A DNA stretch of 24,754 nucleotides from assembly GCA_043797775.1 (NCBI GenBank), contig JAZDPI010000050.1, positions 1-24,754 of the forward strand. The letters run 5' to 3'. Position 1 is the stretch's first letter; every line of letters begins with the position of its first letter. The notes under the pieces are model-generated. The model had not been told where the DNA came from and did not search any database. It saw nothing but the letters and a program-made list of their open reading frames with translations. This stretch comes from Candidatus Eiseniibacteriota bacterium (lineage in GTDB: Bacteria; Eisenbacteria; RBG-16-71-46; JAFGJU01). A program made the position numbers and the translations under genes. Positions 14,685-23,305 of the stretch are shown here, one piece after another.

Positions 14685-15746
14685 ATGAAGATTTGCTTCC
14701 TCGGCGATGCCTCGATGAATCACGTCGCCAGATGGGTCGACTACTTCGTCGACCGAGGACACGAGTGTTTCGTCGTTAGCCTGGAGAAGGGACAGAAGTT
14801 CAAGTGTCCCTTTCACCACGTCCACATGCCGGGTCTGCCCCCGTTCGTCAGGTACCCGCTTTCGACGGTTCTTGTCTCCAGCCTGATCCGCAGTTTCAAG
14901 CCCGACCTTGTGAATGCCCTCTTCGTGCCTAACTACGGTTTCGTCGCCGCCCTTCTGGGAGTGAGACCTCTGGTCGTGACCACGATGGGCTCGGACGTTC
15001 TTGTGGTGCCGCGAAGAAGCCCTTTTCACGCGTGGAGGACAAGGTACACTTTTTCCAGGGTGAACTTGGTCACCTCCGACGCCTGGATGATGACCGAAAA
15101 GATCGTCTCCTTCGGCGTGGAACCCGCCAAGATCCTCACCGTCCCGATGGGAATCGACGCGGCGCTCTTCAACACGGAGGGCAGGGCCGGTGCCTGGCCT
15201 CAGGTACCGACCGTGGTCAGCACGAGACAGCTGGAACCGCTGTACAACGTCGCACAGTTCGTGGAGGCGATGCCCGAGATACTGAGGTGTGCGCCGGAAG
15301 CCAAATTCGTGATAGCCGGTGAGGGTTCTGAGCGGCAGCGTCTCTCCGATCTCGCGAGACAGATCGGGGTCTCCGCAGCGGTGCAGTTCACGGGCTGGCT
15401 CTCCCCCGTTCAACTGGCGAGTCTTCTGAAGCAGTCCACGGTCTACGTTTCTACGTCCACCTCAGACAGCACGTCGGTGTCCCTTCTGGAGGCCATGGCG
15501 TGCGGCGCCTTCCCCGTCGTGAGCGACATCGCGGGAAACAGGGAGTGGGTGGAAAACGGCGTTAACGGACTCCTCTTCAGAGTCGGGAACACGTCTTCGC
15601 TGGCACAGGCGATCGCCGGCGCTTTGTCCAGGAGAGACCTCGTAGAGCAGGCGGCGGAGAAGAACAGAGCGATCGTGGACGACAAGGCACTCTGGAGCGA
15701 CAATATGTCGGTGGTGGAGAATGCCTTCTCCATGCTGACTCACTGA
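14685..15746 (+). CDS. Glycosyltransferase family 4 (GT-B)
   Basis: MKICFLGDA, HVARW, VVTTMGSD, VPMGID, KFVIAGEG, VQFTGW, SLLEAMACG, VVSDIAGNREWVENGVNGLLF. ATG 14685 with GGAGG 6 nt upstream. Confidence 0.92.
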   Translation: MKICFLGDASMNHVARWVDYFVDRGHECFVVSLEKGQKFKCPFHHVHMPGLPPFVRYPLSTVLVSSLIRSFKPDLVNALFVPNYGFVAALLGVRPLVVTTMGSDVLVVPRRSPFHAWRTRYTFSRVNLVTSDAWMMTEKIVSFGVEPAKILTVPMGIDAALFNTEGRAGAWPQVPTVVSTRQLEPLYNVAQFVEAMPEILRCAPEAKFVIAGEGSERQRLSDLARQIGVSAAVQFTGWLSPVQLASLLKQSTVYVSTSTSDSTSVSLLEAMACGAFPVVSDIAGNREWVENGVNGLLFRVGNTSSLAQAIAGALSRRDLVEQAAEKNRAIVDDKALWSDNMSVVENAFSMLTH

Positions 15747-15819
15747 GAGTTCCATCCACTGACCCCCCACTGAGAGTTCCACCCACTGAGAGCGCCACCC
15801 ACTGAGAATCCCGGACTGA
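15741..15819. repeat. Array of ~16-bp direct repeats (CACTGAGAGTTCCACC consensus) between convergent GT4 and nuoN
   Basis: CACTGA cores at 15741, 15757, 15768, 15784 and 15800 (spacing 16, 11, 16, 16) and GACTGA at 15814; followed by a G9 run at 15821-15829. Confidence 0.85.
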
Positions 15820-15853
15820 CGGGGGGGGGAATCGTTCTACCCGGAAGGAGCAA

Positions 15854-17323
15854 TCAGAAGATTGCGGCCACGGAGGAGGCCGCAAGCCCTGCAAAGCCGG
15901 AGGGGACCAAGCCCGTGAGCAGGATTCCGAGAATGCATATCACAATTGCGGTCGCAGTCGAGAGGGAGAGAGAATGGTCGATTCTCTCGCCCTCTTCCTT
16001 CATGTACATCAAGAACACGATTCTCAGATAGAAGTAGGCCGAGACCAGGCTGTTCAACACCCCTATGACGGCAAGGTCCACGTAGCCGGCCCTCACGGCG
16101 GCGCTGAACACGTAGAACTTGGCGAAGAAGCCGCCCGTGGGCGGTATGCCGGAGAGCGCCACCATGAAAAGAGCCATGGCCGCCGACACGAACGGATAAC
16201 GCCTGGCCAGACCGGAGTAGTGTCCGATCTCGAGGGCCTCAGCGTCCTCCCGCCTGAGAACCGTGATAACGGCGAAGGCGCCCAGCGTCATGAACATGTA
16301 GGTGAGCGTGTAGAAGAGAACGCTGGCGTACCCTGCTTCTCCGGCCGCCGTGAGGGCCACGAGAAGGTAGCCCGCGTGCGCCACGCTGGAATATGCCAGC
16401 ATTCGCTTCACGTTTGTCTGCGCCAGCGCGGCCACGTTGCCCAGCGTCATGGTTGCCACGGCCACTACCCACAGTACCTTGGCAAGATCAACCTGCACCG
16501 ACGCGAGTCCCGTCCCGAAAATCCTCAGGAAGGCCGCGAAAGCTGCGGCCTTCGAGACAGTGGCCAGGTAAGCGGTGACGGACGTCGGTGCTCCTTCGTA
16601 CACGTCCGGAACCCACATGTGAAACGGGACGGCCCCCATCTTGAAGCAGAGCCCCACGAGGAGAAGCGCCGACGCTCCGTAGACCAGGGTCGAGGGCACC
16701 TCGGACGCGGACTGGAGCATGGCCTGCATGCCCGCGTACGCCGTGCTGCCCGTGGCCCCGTAGAAAAGCGCCACGCCGTACAGAAAGAAGCCGGAGGCAA
16801 ACGCTCCGAGCACCAGGTACTTCATCGACGCTTCAACCGATCTGACCCTCTCTCTCAGAAAGCCGCTCAAAACGTAGAGAGACACCGAGAGCAGCTCAAG
16901 CCCCAGGAAAAAGACGACGAAGTCCAGCGCGGCCGCCATCAACATCGCACCTGACGTGGCGAACAGAAGCAGCGAATAGTATTCCCCTCTTTCCACGTTC
17001 TCTCTTCTTGCGTACGAGCTCGAGACGAGGATCACGAGCAGCGTACCCAGAAGGAAAAGCAGCTCGAAGAACGAGGACAGCTTGTCAAGGCCCACGACTC
17101 CGCCGAATCCGTTCACTTCCCTACCCCACCAGGCTCCGAGCACCGCCGCAGGAGCCACCAGCCCGAGGATCGAGAGCCAGGGGAGAAGCCGCTTCCTGGA
17201 GGCGTCAAGGAACAGATCCACGAGAACCACCAGAACCGCAGAGAAAACAACCAGCGTGAACGGCAGAGCGGCCTGGAAGCCCAGATCCGTGGAACCTGAC
17301 GGCAAGTTGGGGGCAAAATTCAC
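15854..17323 (-). CDS. nuoN: NADH-quinone oxidoreductase subunit N
   Basis: GEYYSLLL, GLELLS, EASMKYLVLG, FKMGAVPFHMWVPDVYEGAP, VSKAA, KRMLAYSS, GIPPTGGFFAKF; GTGA overlap with the nuoM stop. Confidence 0.96.
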   Translation of the reverse strand: MNFAPNLPSGSTDLGFQAALPFTLVVFSAVLVVLVDLFLDASRKRLLPWLSILGLVAPAAVLGAWWGREVNGFGGVVGLDKLSSFFELLFLLGTLLVILVSSSYARRENVERGEYYSLLLFATSGAMLMAAALDFVVFFLGLELLSVSLYVLSGFLRERVRSVEASMKYLVLGAFASGFFLYGVALFYGATGSTAYAGMQAMLQSASEVPSTLVYGASALLLVGLCFKMGAVPFHMWVPDVYEGAPTSVTAYLATVSKAAAFAAFLRIFGTGLASVQVDLAKVLWVVAVATMTLGNVAALAQTNVKRMLAYSSVAHAGYLLVALTAAGEAGYASVLFYTLTYMFMTLGAFAVITVLRREDAEALEIGHYSGLARRYPFVSAAMALFMVALSGIPPTGGFFAKFYVFSAAVRAGYVDLAVIGVLNSLVSAYFYLRIVFLMYMKEEGERIDHSLSLSTATAIVICILGILLTGLVPSGFAGLAASSVAAIF

Positions 17324-19002
17324 TGGCTCACCTCGCGCCTGGTTGTGTCCGGCGAAGAAACGGCACCCGTCCGGGGTGAAAGACCGGAATCCGTGCGCGA
17401 ACGAACGGCGCCGGTGCCGGGCGAACGAACGGCATCCGTTCGGAGGGAATCCGGGACCAAGACATCGACAATCGTTCCGCCGGCCGCCCGTTCGGTTTCC
17501 TCAGTCTCAACCATACTCGTGCCCTTGACCCGCTCGAGCAGAGCGTCGGTTGAGGCGTGCATCCTTTCAAGGAAGAAGTTGGGCCACAGGCCTATCCAGA
17601 AGATGAGAACGGCGATCGGAATGAGGATCCATTTTTCCCTCAGACTGACGTCCTTGAAAAGGTGTTTGTCCTTTTCCTGGGCGTCACCGAACATGACCCG
17701 CTGAAACATCCACAGCATGTAGACGGCGGAGAGTATGACGCCCACGGCCGCCAGTGCCGCAAAGCTCACGTTCTCAGTGAACGCGCCCACAAGAATCAGG
17801 AATTCTCCCGCGAAACCGTTCAGGCCGGGCAGCGCGATCGAGGAAAGCGTCACGAGCAGGAAGAGGCCCGCGAAGACGGGCATCCGGCCCCACAGACCTC
17901 CGAAATCCTCCACCATTCTACTGTGACGCCTGTCGTAGAGCATACCCACGATCAGAAAGAGCGCTCCGGTGCTTATACCGTGATTCACCATCTGAAGGAT
18001 TCCACCTTCGATGCCCTGCGTGTTGAGGGCAAAGAGCCCCAGCATCACAAATCCCAGATGGCTCACGCTGGAATAGGCCACGAGCTTCTTCACGTCCTTC
18101 TGGGCAAAGGCCACCAGTGCGCCGTAGATGATGCCCACTATGGCGAGGACCGACACCACAGGGACCGCTTGAACGGAGGCGTTCGGGAAAAGCGGCAGGC
18201 AGAATCTGAGCACTCCGTACGTGCCCATCTTGAGGAGAATGCCTGCAAGGAGCACGCTTCCCGCGGTGGGCGCCTCGACGTGGGCGTCAGGAAGCCACGT
18301 GTGAAAGGGGAAGACGGGGACCTTGATCGCAAAACTCAGGAAGAACGCCAGGAACAGCCACAGCTCAACGCGTCCGGGCATCGTTGTGCCGTAGAGTTTC
18401 AGAAGGTCGAAAGTGTATTCACCGGTGTGGCCGTGATGTATGAAGAAGAGCGCCAGGATTGCCACCAGCATGAGCAGGCTTCCGGCGAGCGTGTACAGTA
18501 TGAACTTCACTGCGGCGTAGATGCGCCTGGGCCCTCCCCACACCCCGATTATCAAGTACATCGGAACGAGCATCGCTTCCCAGAAAACGTAGAAGAGAAG
18601 CAGGTCGAGAGAGACAAAGACGCCTATCATTCCGGTCTCGAGAACGAGCATCGAGATCATGAAGCCCCTCACCCTATCCGTGATCGAGCACCACGAGGCC
18701 GCGATCGAGAGAACGGTGAGAAAGGTCGTGAGAATGACAAGGAACAGGCTTATGCCGTCGATGCCGATGTGGTAGTCCGAACCTATCGCGCTTATCCAGG
18801 GATACTTCTCGACGAACTGCATGGCCGCCGTGCTTGAGTCGAAGCGGGCGAGGAGCGGGATCGAGAGAACGAAGGCGACGCCCGCCGTCGCGAGGGCCAG
18901 GCTCCGGATCAGCCGGAGTCTCTTCGACCCGACGAAAGCGATCAGAAGGGCTCCGGCCAGGGGAAGAAAGGTGACGATCGTCAGCAACGGTATTCCACTC
19001 AT
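17320..19002 (-). CDS. nuoM: NADH-quinone oxidoreductase subunit M, with repetitive C-terminal extension
   Basis: GIDGIS, FYVFWE, IKVPVFPFHTWLPDAHVEAP, LLKMGTYG, KKLVAYSSVSH, ALPGLNGFAGE. Start is ATG 19002 or TTG 19014. Confidence 0.96.
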   Translation of the reverse strand: MSGIPLLTIVTFLPLAGALLIAFVGSKRLRLIRSLALATAGVAFVLSIPLLARFDSSTAAMQFVEKYPWISAIGSDYHIGIDGISLFLVILTTFLTVLSIAASWCSITDRVRGFMISMLVLETGMIGVFVSLDLLLFYVFWEAMLVPMYLIIGVWGGPRRIYAAVKFILYTLAGSLLMLVAILALFFIHHGHTGEYTFDLLKLYGTTMPGRVELWLFLAFFLSFAIKVPVFPFHTWLPDAHVEAPTAGSVLLAGILLKMGTYGVLRFCLPLFPNASVQAVPVVSVLAIVGIIYGALVAFAQKDVKKLVAYSSVSHLGFVMLGLFALNTQGIEGGILQMVNHGISTGALFLIVGMLYDRRHSRMVEDFGGLWGRMPVFAGLFLLVTLSSIALPGLNGFAGEFLILVGAFTENVSFAALAAVGVILSAVYMLWMFQRVMFGDAQEKDKHLFKDVSLREKWILIPIAVLIFWIGLWPNFFLERMHASTDALLERVKGTSMVETEETERAAGGTIVDVLVPDSLRTDAVRSPGTGAVRSRTDSGLSPRTGAVSSPDTTRREVSQ

Positions 19003-19010
19003 GCTTTGTC

Positions 19011-20921
19011 TCAATGCCTCAACAACCAGAACGCAAGCATCAGAACCGAACCGAGGGCGATCGAGAGCGCGTAATTCTGAACGCCGCCGGTTTGGATTCT
19101 CCTCAGGACTCGACTGGCGCGCTCGACGGCCGTGGCGGAGCCGTTGACGGCCCCGTCTATCACGAGCACATCGAAGAAGCGCCAGAGCACGGAAGCGAAC
19201 GAAACGACGGGTCTCACGAAGAGAACACCGTACGCCTCGTCAACGTAGTACTTGTTGACGAGAAGACAATAGACGCGCCCCGCCCTCTCTCTGAATCGTC
19301 GCGCAAGCTCGGGCGAGGTGACGTACAGTCTGTATGCGAAGGTCATGCCCACAAGCGCTATGGACACCGAGACGACGGCCATCCCTATCTCTCCCGCAGG
19401 AACGTGCGAAGAATGCGCCGCCGCCTCGTGAACGGGAGAACCTGCAAAGACCGGCCCCAGAAACTCTCCCACGAAGTGGCGCCCGAAGAGGATGGAAGCC
19501 CCCAGGACTCCACCCAGCGCAGAAAGCACGCCCAAACAAACAAGCGGGATCTGCATGGACGCAGGCGGACCATGAACGTGGGCGCCGTGCCTCGGACTGC
19601 CGTGGAAAACCACGAAGAGCAGCCGGAACACGTAGAACGAGGTCATCAAAGCCCCCACGGCCGCGACGGCCCACATGAGAGGGCCTCCGGCCTGCAGAGT
19701 CTCCCACAGTATCTCGTCCTTGCTGAAGAAACCTGCGAAGGGGAATACTCCGGCTATGGCGAGCGAGGCAGCGACGAAGGTCCAGTAAGGCACGGGCAGC
19801 TTCGTACGAAGGCCTCCCATATTCCTGATGTCCTGCTCCCCGGCCAGCGCGTGAATCACGGCTCCCGCCACAAGAAAGAGGAGCGCTTTGAAGAACGCGT
19901 GCGTCACGAGATGGAAAATCCCCACCGCAAACGCGCCCACTCCGCACGCCAGGAACATGTATCCGAGCTGGCTTATCGTGGAATAGGCCAGCACTCTCTT
20001 CATGTCATTCTGTACCAGAGCTATCGATGCCGCAAACACCGCCGTGGCCAGCCCTACTCCGGCAACGACCCCCATGGAGACCGGCGAAAGCACGAACAGA
20101 GCACTCGAACGAGCCACCATGTAAACGCCCGCCGTCACCATTGTGGCCGCGTGGATGAGAGCGCTCACAGGCGTCGGGCCCTCCATGGCGTCCGGGAGCC
20201 ACGTGTAGAGCGGAATCTGAGCGGACTTGCCCGTCGCCCCCGCAAAGAGCAGAAGAGTAATCACCGTGATGACGGAGCCGCCGACGGGCAGAAGCTCCGG
20301 AGCCGCCGAGAACACGTCCGAGTACCTCAGAGTGCCGAAGGTCTTGAAAATAAGCAGGATTCCCAGCGCAAATCCGAAGTCACCTATTCGATTCACTATG
20401 AAGGCCTTCTTCCCGGCGTCAGCGGCCGACTTCTTCTTGAACCAGAAGCCGATGAGAAGGTAGGAACACAGACCTACGCCCTCCCAGCCGATGTAAAGCA
20501 GAAGGAAGTTCGCACCCAGGACCAGCGTCAGCATGGAGAACGTGAAGAGGTTGAGATAAGTGAAGTACCGCCTGTACCCGGGATCCCCCGCCATGTAGCC
20601 GATCGAATACACGTGAATGAGGAAACCGACGCCGGACACAACCAGAACCATCAGGACTGAGAGCGGATCCACCAGCAGCGCCCCCTCGACCCTGAAATCG
20701 CCGGAGAGAAACCAGGTGAACATGTGCTTCTCGAAATGCCTGGCCGCCGGCTCCAGGGCGAGTAACTGGAAAAACGTGATGAGGCCCGCCGCGAAAGAGA
20801 GTCCGATGGTCCCGCACGCGAGAACGCTCACGAACCTTTTTCCAAGCCTTCCGCCCAGAAAAATGTTACCCAGCACCCCGGCGAGAGGAAACGCCGGTAT
20901 CAACCAGACTAGTTCGAGCAT
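19011..20921 (-). CDS. nuoL: NADH-quinone oxidoreductase subunit L
   Basis: IHVYSIGYM, GWEGVGLCSYLLIGFW, NRIGD, GKSAQIPLYTWLPDAMEGPTP, KRVLAYSTISQLGYM, HAFFKALLFL, GFFSKD, NKYYVD, IQTG. Start ATG 20921 (or GTG 20927). Confidence 0.97.
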   Translation of the reverse strand: MLELVWLIPAFPLAGVLGNIFLGGRLGKRFVSVLACGTIGLSFAAGLITFFQLLALEPAARHFEKHMFTWFLSGDFRVEGALLVDPLSVLMVLVVSGVGFLIHVYSIGYMAGDPGYRRYFTYLNLFTFSMLTLVLGANFLLLYIGWEGVGLCSYLLIGFWFKKKSAADAGKKAFIVNRIGDFGFALGILLIFKTFGTLRYSDVFSAAPELLPVGGSVITVITLLLFAGATGKSAQIPLYTWLPDAMEGPTPVSALIHAATMVTAGVYMVARSSALFVLSPVSMGVVAGVGLATAVFAASIALVQNDMKRVLAYSTISQLGYMFLACGVGAFAVGIFHLVTHAFFKALLFLVAGAVIHALAGEQDIRNMGGLRTKLPVPYWTFVAASLAIAGVFPFAGFFSKDEILWETLQAGGPLMWAVAAVGALMTSFYVFRLLFVVFHGSPRHGAHVHGPPASMQIPLVCLGVLSALGGVLGASILFGRHFVGEFLGPVFAGSPVHEAAAHSSHVPAGEIGMAVVSVSIALVGMTFAYRLYVTSPELARRFRERAGRVYCLLVNKYYVDEAYGVLFVRPVVSFASVLWRFFDVLVIDGAVNGSATAVERASRVLRRIQTGGVQNYALSIALGSVLMLAFWLLRH

Positions 20922-20975
20922 CGTCACCTCAAAGAGTCACCCTGCGTTAGTCAAACCCGTACACGGCTCGTTCTT

Positions 20976-21020
20976 GCGCGTTCACGGCCGGCACCGTGGC
21001 CGTTCTTTTCGTCAACGCGC
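20976..21020. other. Two-part hairpin in the nuoK-nuoL spacer, flanked by a 12-bp direct repeat
   Basis: GCGCGTT (20976-20982) / AACGCGC (21014-21020) enclosing ACGGCC (20984-20989) / GGCCGT (20998-21003); CACGGCTCGTTC occurs at both 20962-20973 and 21022-21033. Confidence 0.55.
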
Positions 21021-21034
21021 GCACGGCTCGTTCA

Positions 21035-21340
21035 CTACCATTTCATGACGTTCATCTCGTCCACGTTCGTCGTCTCCTTCACGCGGAAGACGACGAGCAC
21101 GATGGCAAGTCCCACCGCAATCTCGGCCGCCGCCACCGTCATTACGAAGAGCACCGCTATCTGGCCGGCCATGTCCCCAGCCGCCCTGGAGAATGTGATA
21201 AAGGCGAGGTTGGCCGCGTTGAGCATGAGTTCCACCGACATCAGGACGACAAGAACGTTCCTCCTCACGAGCACACCCGCAACGCCGACGGCAAAAACAA
21301 TCGCGCTCACTGCCAGAAAATCCGTCGTGCTCACCTGCAT
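21035..21340 (-). CDS. nuoK: NADH-quinone oxidoreductase subunit K
   Basis: C-terminal 101 aa of track ORF 21035..21748: RRNVLVVLMSVELMLNAANL, VAAAEIAVGLA. ATG 21340 overlaps the nuoJ stop (TAATG). Confidence 0.96.
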   Translation of the reverse strand: MQVSTTDFLAVSAIVFAVGVAGVLVRRNVLVVLMSVELMLNAANLAFITFSRAAGDMAGQIAVLFVMTVAAAEIAVGLAIVLVVFRVKETTNVDEMNVMKW

Positions 21341-21852
21341 TACTTCACCTTTCTCTTGGCGATTGCCACCGCTCCCACTATCGCCGCCAGAAGCAGGACC
21401 GACGCGACTTCGAACTGGAAGAGATATCTGCCGAAGAGCTCCCTTCCCGTCGCCTGAACGGTTCCGAAGCTCAGACTCTCCCGGGCAAGCCAGGGTGCCC
21501 CGCACACCCATCTCACGCTTATGACGGCAACGGACACGGTCTGCACCAGAATCACACCCACCAGCAGAAGCCCCATCACTTTCTGGGAGAGGGACGAATG
21601 GAAAACAACGCGCTCTCCCCTCACGTTCAGCAACATCACCACAAACAGGAACAACACGACTATCGCACCCGCGTAGACGATTATCTGGAGCGCGGCGACG
21701 AATTGAGCGCCCAGAAGAAGAAAGAGAAGCGCAAACGAAAGAAGACAAGCTATCAGTGCAACGACGCTGTGAACGGGGTTACGTCTTGAGATCACGAGAA
21801 CGGCGGAACCCACGGCAACCAGAGCCGCGGCGTAGAAGAGTAAGGACGTCAT
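21340..21852 (-). CDS. nuoJ: NADH-quinone oxidoreductase subunit J
   Basis: RRNPVHSVV, AQFVAALQIIVYAGAIVVLFLFVVMLL, FEVASVLLLAAIVGA; ATGA overlap with nuoI. Confidence 0.96.
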   Translation of the reverse strand: MTSLLFYAAALVAVGSAVLVISRRNPVHSVVALIACLLSFALLFLLLGAQFVAALQIIVYAGAIVVLFLFVVMLLNVRGERVVFHSSLSQKVMGLLLVGVILVQTVSVAVISVRWVCGAPWLARESLSFGTVQATGRELFGRYLFQFEVASVLLLAAIVGAVAIAKRKVK

Positions 21853-22319
21853 GAGGACCCCCTTGGCTCTCGAGCGCCCTCGCGGACGCCCTCTCTGTCA
21901 GGCAGAAGGCGAGACTTCGTGTAGAAGAGATTCTGCCTATCGTAGTCGGCGAGCTCGTACGTCTGTGTCATCGAAAGCGCCTCGGTCGGGCACGCCTCCA
22001 CGCAGTAGCCGCAGAAGATGCAGCGCCCTATGTCTATGACGTAGTGCCGTGCGAACCTCTCGCCTTTCGAACGGCGATCCCCGTTTTCGTTCTCCGCGGC
22101 CTCAACGACTATCGCGTCGGCCGGGCACACCATGGCGCACAGCCCGCAGCCGACGCACTTCTCCAGGCCGTCTTCGTCCCGCGCGAGAGAATGCAGTCCC
22201 CTGAATCGCTCGCTCACGGTTCTCTTCCGCTCAGGATAGGAAACCGTGATCGGCTTCTTGAACAAGTGCCGCAGCGTGAGCCACAGCCCCCTGAATATGG
22301 CAAGCATGATCTCCATCAT
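21849..22319 (-). CDS. nuoI: NADH-quinone oxidoreductase subunit I (2 [4Fe-4S])
   Basis: TVSYPE, RFRGLH, KCVGCGLCAMVCP, RCIFCGYCVEACP. Confidence 0.96.
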   Translation of the reverse strand: MMEIMLAIFRGLWLTLRHLFKKPITVSYPERKRTVSERFRGLHSLARDEDGLEKCVGCGLCAMVCPADAIVVEAAENENGDRRSKGERFARHYVIDIGRCIFCGYCVEACPTEALSMTQTYELADYDRQNLFYTKSRLLPDREGVREGAREPRGSS

Positions 22320-23305
22320 CGGTCAATAAACGCGAGCACTAACCCCGTCACCAGAATGTTCGCGATGGAAACAGGAAGCAACACCTTCCAGCCAAACTTC
22401 ATCAATTGATCGTATCGAAATCTCGGCAGCGTTCCCCTCACCCAGATGAACAGGAGGGGAAAGGCCATCATCTTCAGCAAGAACCAGACTACCGGCGGCA
22501 GGAGAGGCCCTCGCCAACCGCCGAGATACAGCGTCGTCACCATCGCCCCGACCGTCGCCATGCTCGCGTATTCACCCAGGAAGAACATGGCCCACTTCAT
22601 CGAGCTGTATTCGGTGTGGAAGCCTCCCACGAGCTCGTTCTCGGCCTCGGGAAGATCGAACGGAAGCCTGTTGACCTCCGCGAAAGAGGCTATCAGGAAA
22701 ACTATGAACCCCACGGGCTGGAGAAAGACAAACCAGACTCTGCTCTGTCCGTCCACGATGTCGGCAAGGCTCATAGAGCCGGCGATCATGAGGACGCCGA
22801 TCACGGAAAAGACGAGGCAGAGCTCGTAGCTGACCATCTGCGCCGCAGAGCGGAGTGCGCCCAGAAGCGGGTACTTGCTGTTGGAGGCCCACGCGCCGAG
22901 TATGATGCCGTAGACACCGAGAGACGAAATGGCGAACACGTACAGCAGTCCTATGTTGACGTCCGCTATCTGGAGAGGAATCCTCCTGCCAAAGAGCTCT
23001 ATCTCATCCCCGAAGGGTATCACCGCAATCGTGGCCACCGCCGCCGCCATCGTGACTGCGGGGGCAAGCACGAAGAGAAACTTGTCCGCCTTTGCGGGAA
23101 TGATCTCTTCCTTGAGAAGCAGCTTTATCCCGTCGGCAAAAGGCTGGAACATTCCCCAGGGACCGACCCTGGTGGGTCCCACGCGCACCTGCAGGTGCGC
23201 AATGACCTTTCTCTCCATGAGAGTGAGATACGCCACGATGAGAAGCAGTACGATCAGAACGATGACGGCCTTGATCGTCGCTATCAGTACGTACTCAAGC
23301 ATCAC
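22316..23305 (-). CDS. nuoH: NADH-quinone oxidoreductase subunit H
   Basis: ERKVIAHLQVRVGPTRVG, QPFADGIKLLLKE, SNSKYPLLGALRSAAQMVSYE, EVNRLPFDLPEAENELVGGFHTEYS, RGTLPRFRYDQLM. Start GTG 23305 or ATG 23302. Confidence 0.97.
   Translation of the reverse strand: MMLEYVLIATIKAVIVLIVLLLIVAYLTLMERKVIAHLQVRVGPTRVGPWGMFQPFADGIKLLLKEEIIPAKADKFLFVLAPAVTMAAAVATIAVIPFGDEIELFGRRIPLQIADVNIGLLYVFAISSLGVYGIILGAWASNSKYPLLGALRSAAQMVSYELCLVFSVIGVLMIAGSMSLADIVDGQSRVWFVFLQPVGFIVFLIASFAEVNRLPFDLPEAENELVGGFHTEYSSMKWAMFFLGEYASMATVGAMVTTLYLGGWRGPLLPPVVWFLLKMMAFPLLFIWVRGTLPRFRYDQLMKFGWKVLLPVSIANILVTGLVLAFIDR

Noticed and set aside
15741-15819. CRISPR interpretation of the 16-bp and 18-bp arrays
   Set aside because: The units are contiguous with no unique spacers, too short for CRISPR repeats, and there are no cas genes.
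991-20660. Very long antisense ORFs (991..2244, 5726..6790, 6660..7676, 7396..8844, 12839..14179, 15974..16954, 17557..18837, 19014..20660 and others)
   Set aside because: Each lies opposite a gene with clear family motifs, has Arg/His/Gly-rich non-protein-like composition and no motifs. These are expected shadows of GC-rich codon usage.
20933-20940. GTGACTCT 8-mer before the nuoL RBS matching the 18-bp repeat core
   Set aside because: One match of an 8-mer in about 50 kb of two-strand sequence is expected by chance.
21341-21748. Apparent 136-aa N-terminal extension of NuoK (ORF 21035..21748)
   Set aside because: It is an alternate frame overlapping nuoJ. The real start is ATG 21340, coupled by TAATG with an upstream AAGGTG.
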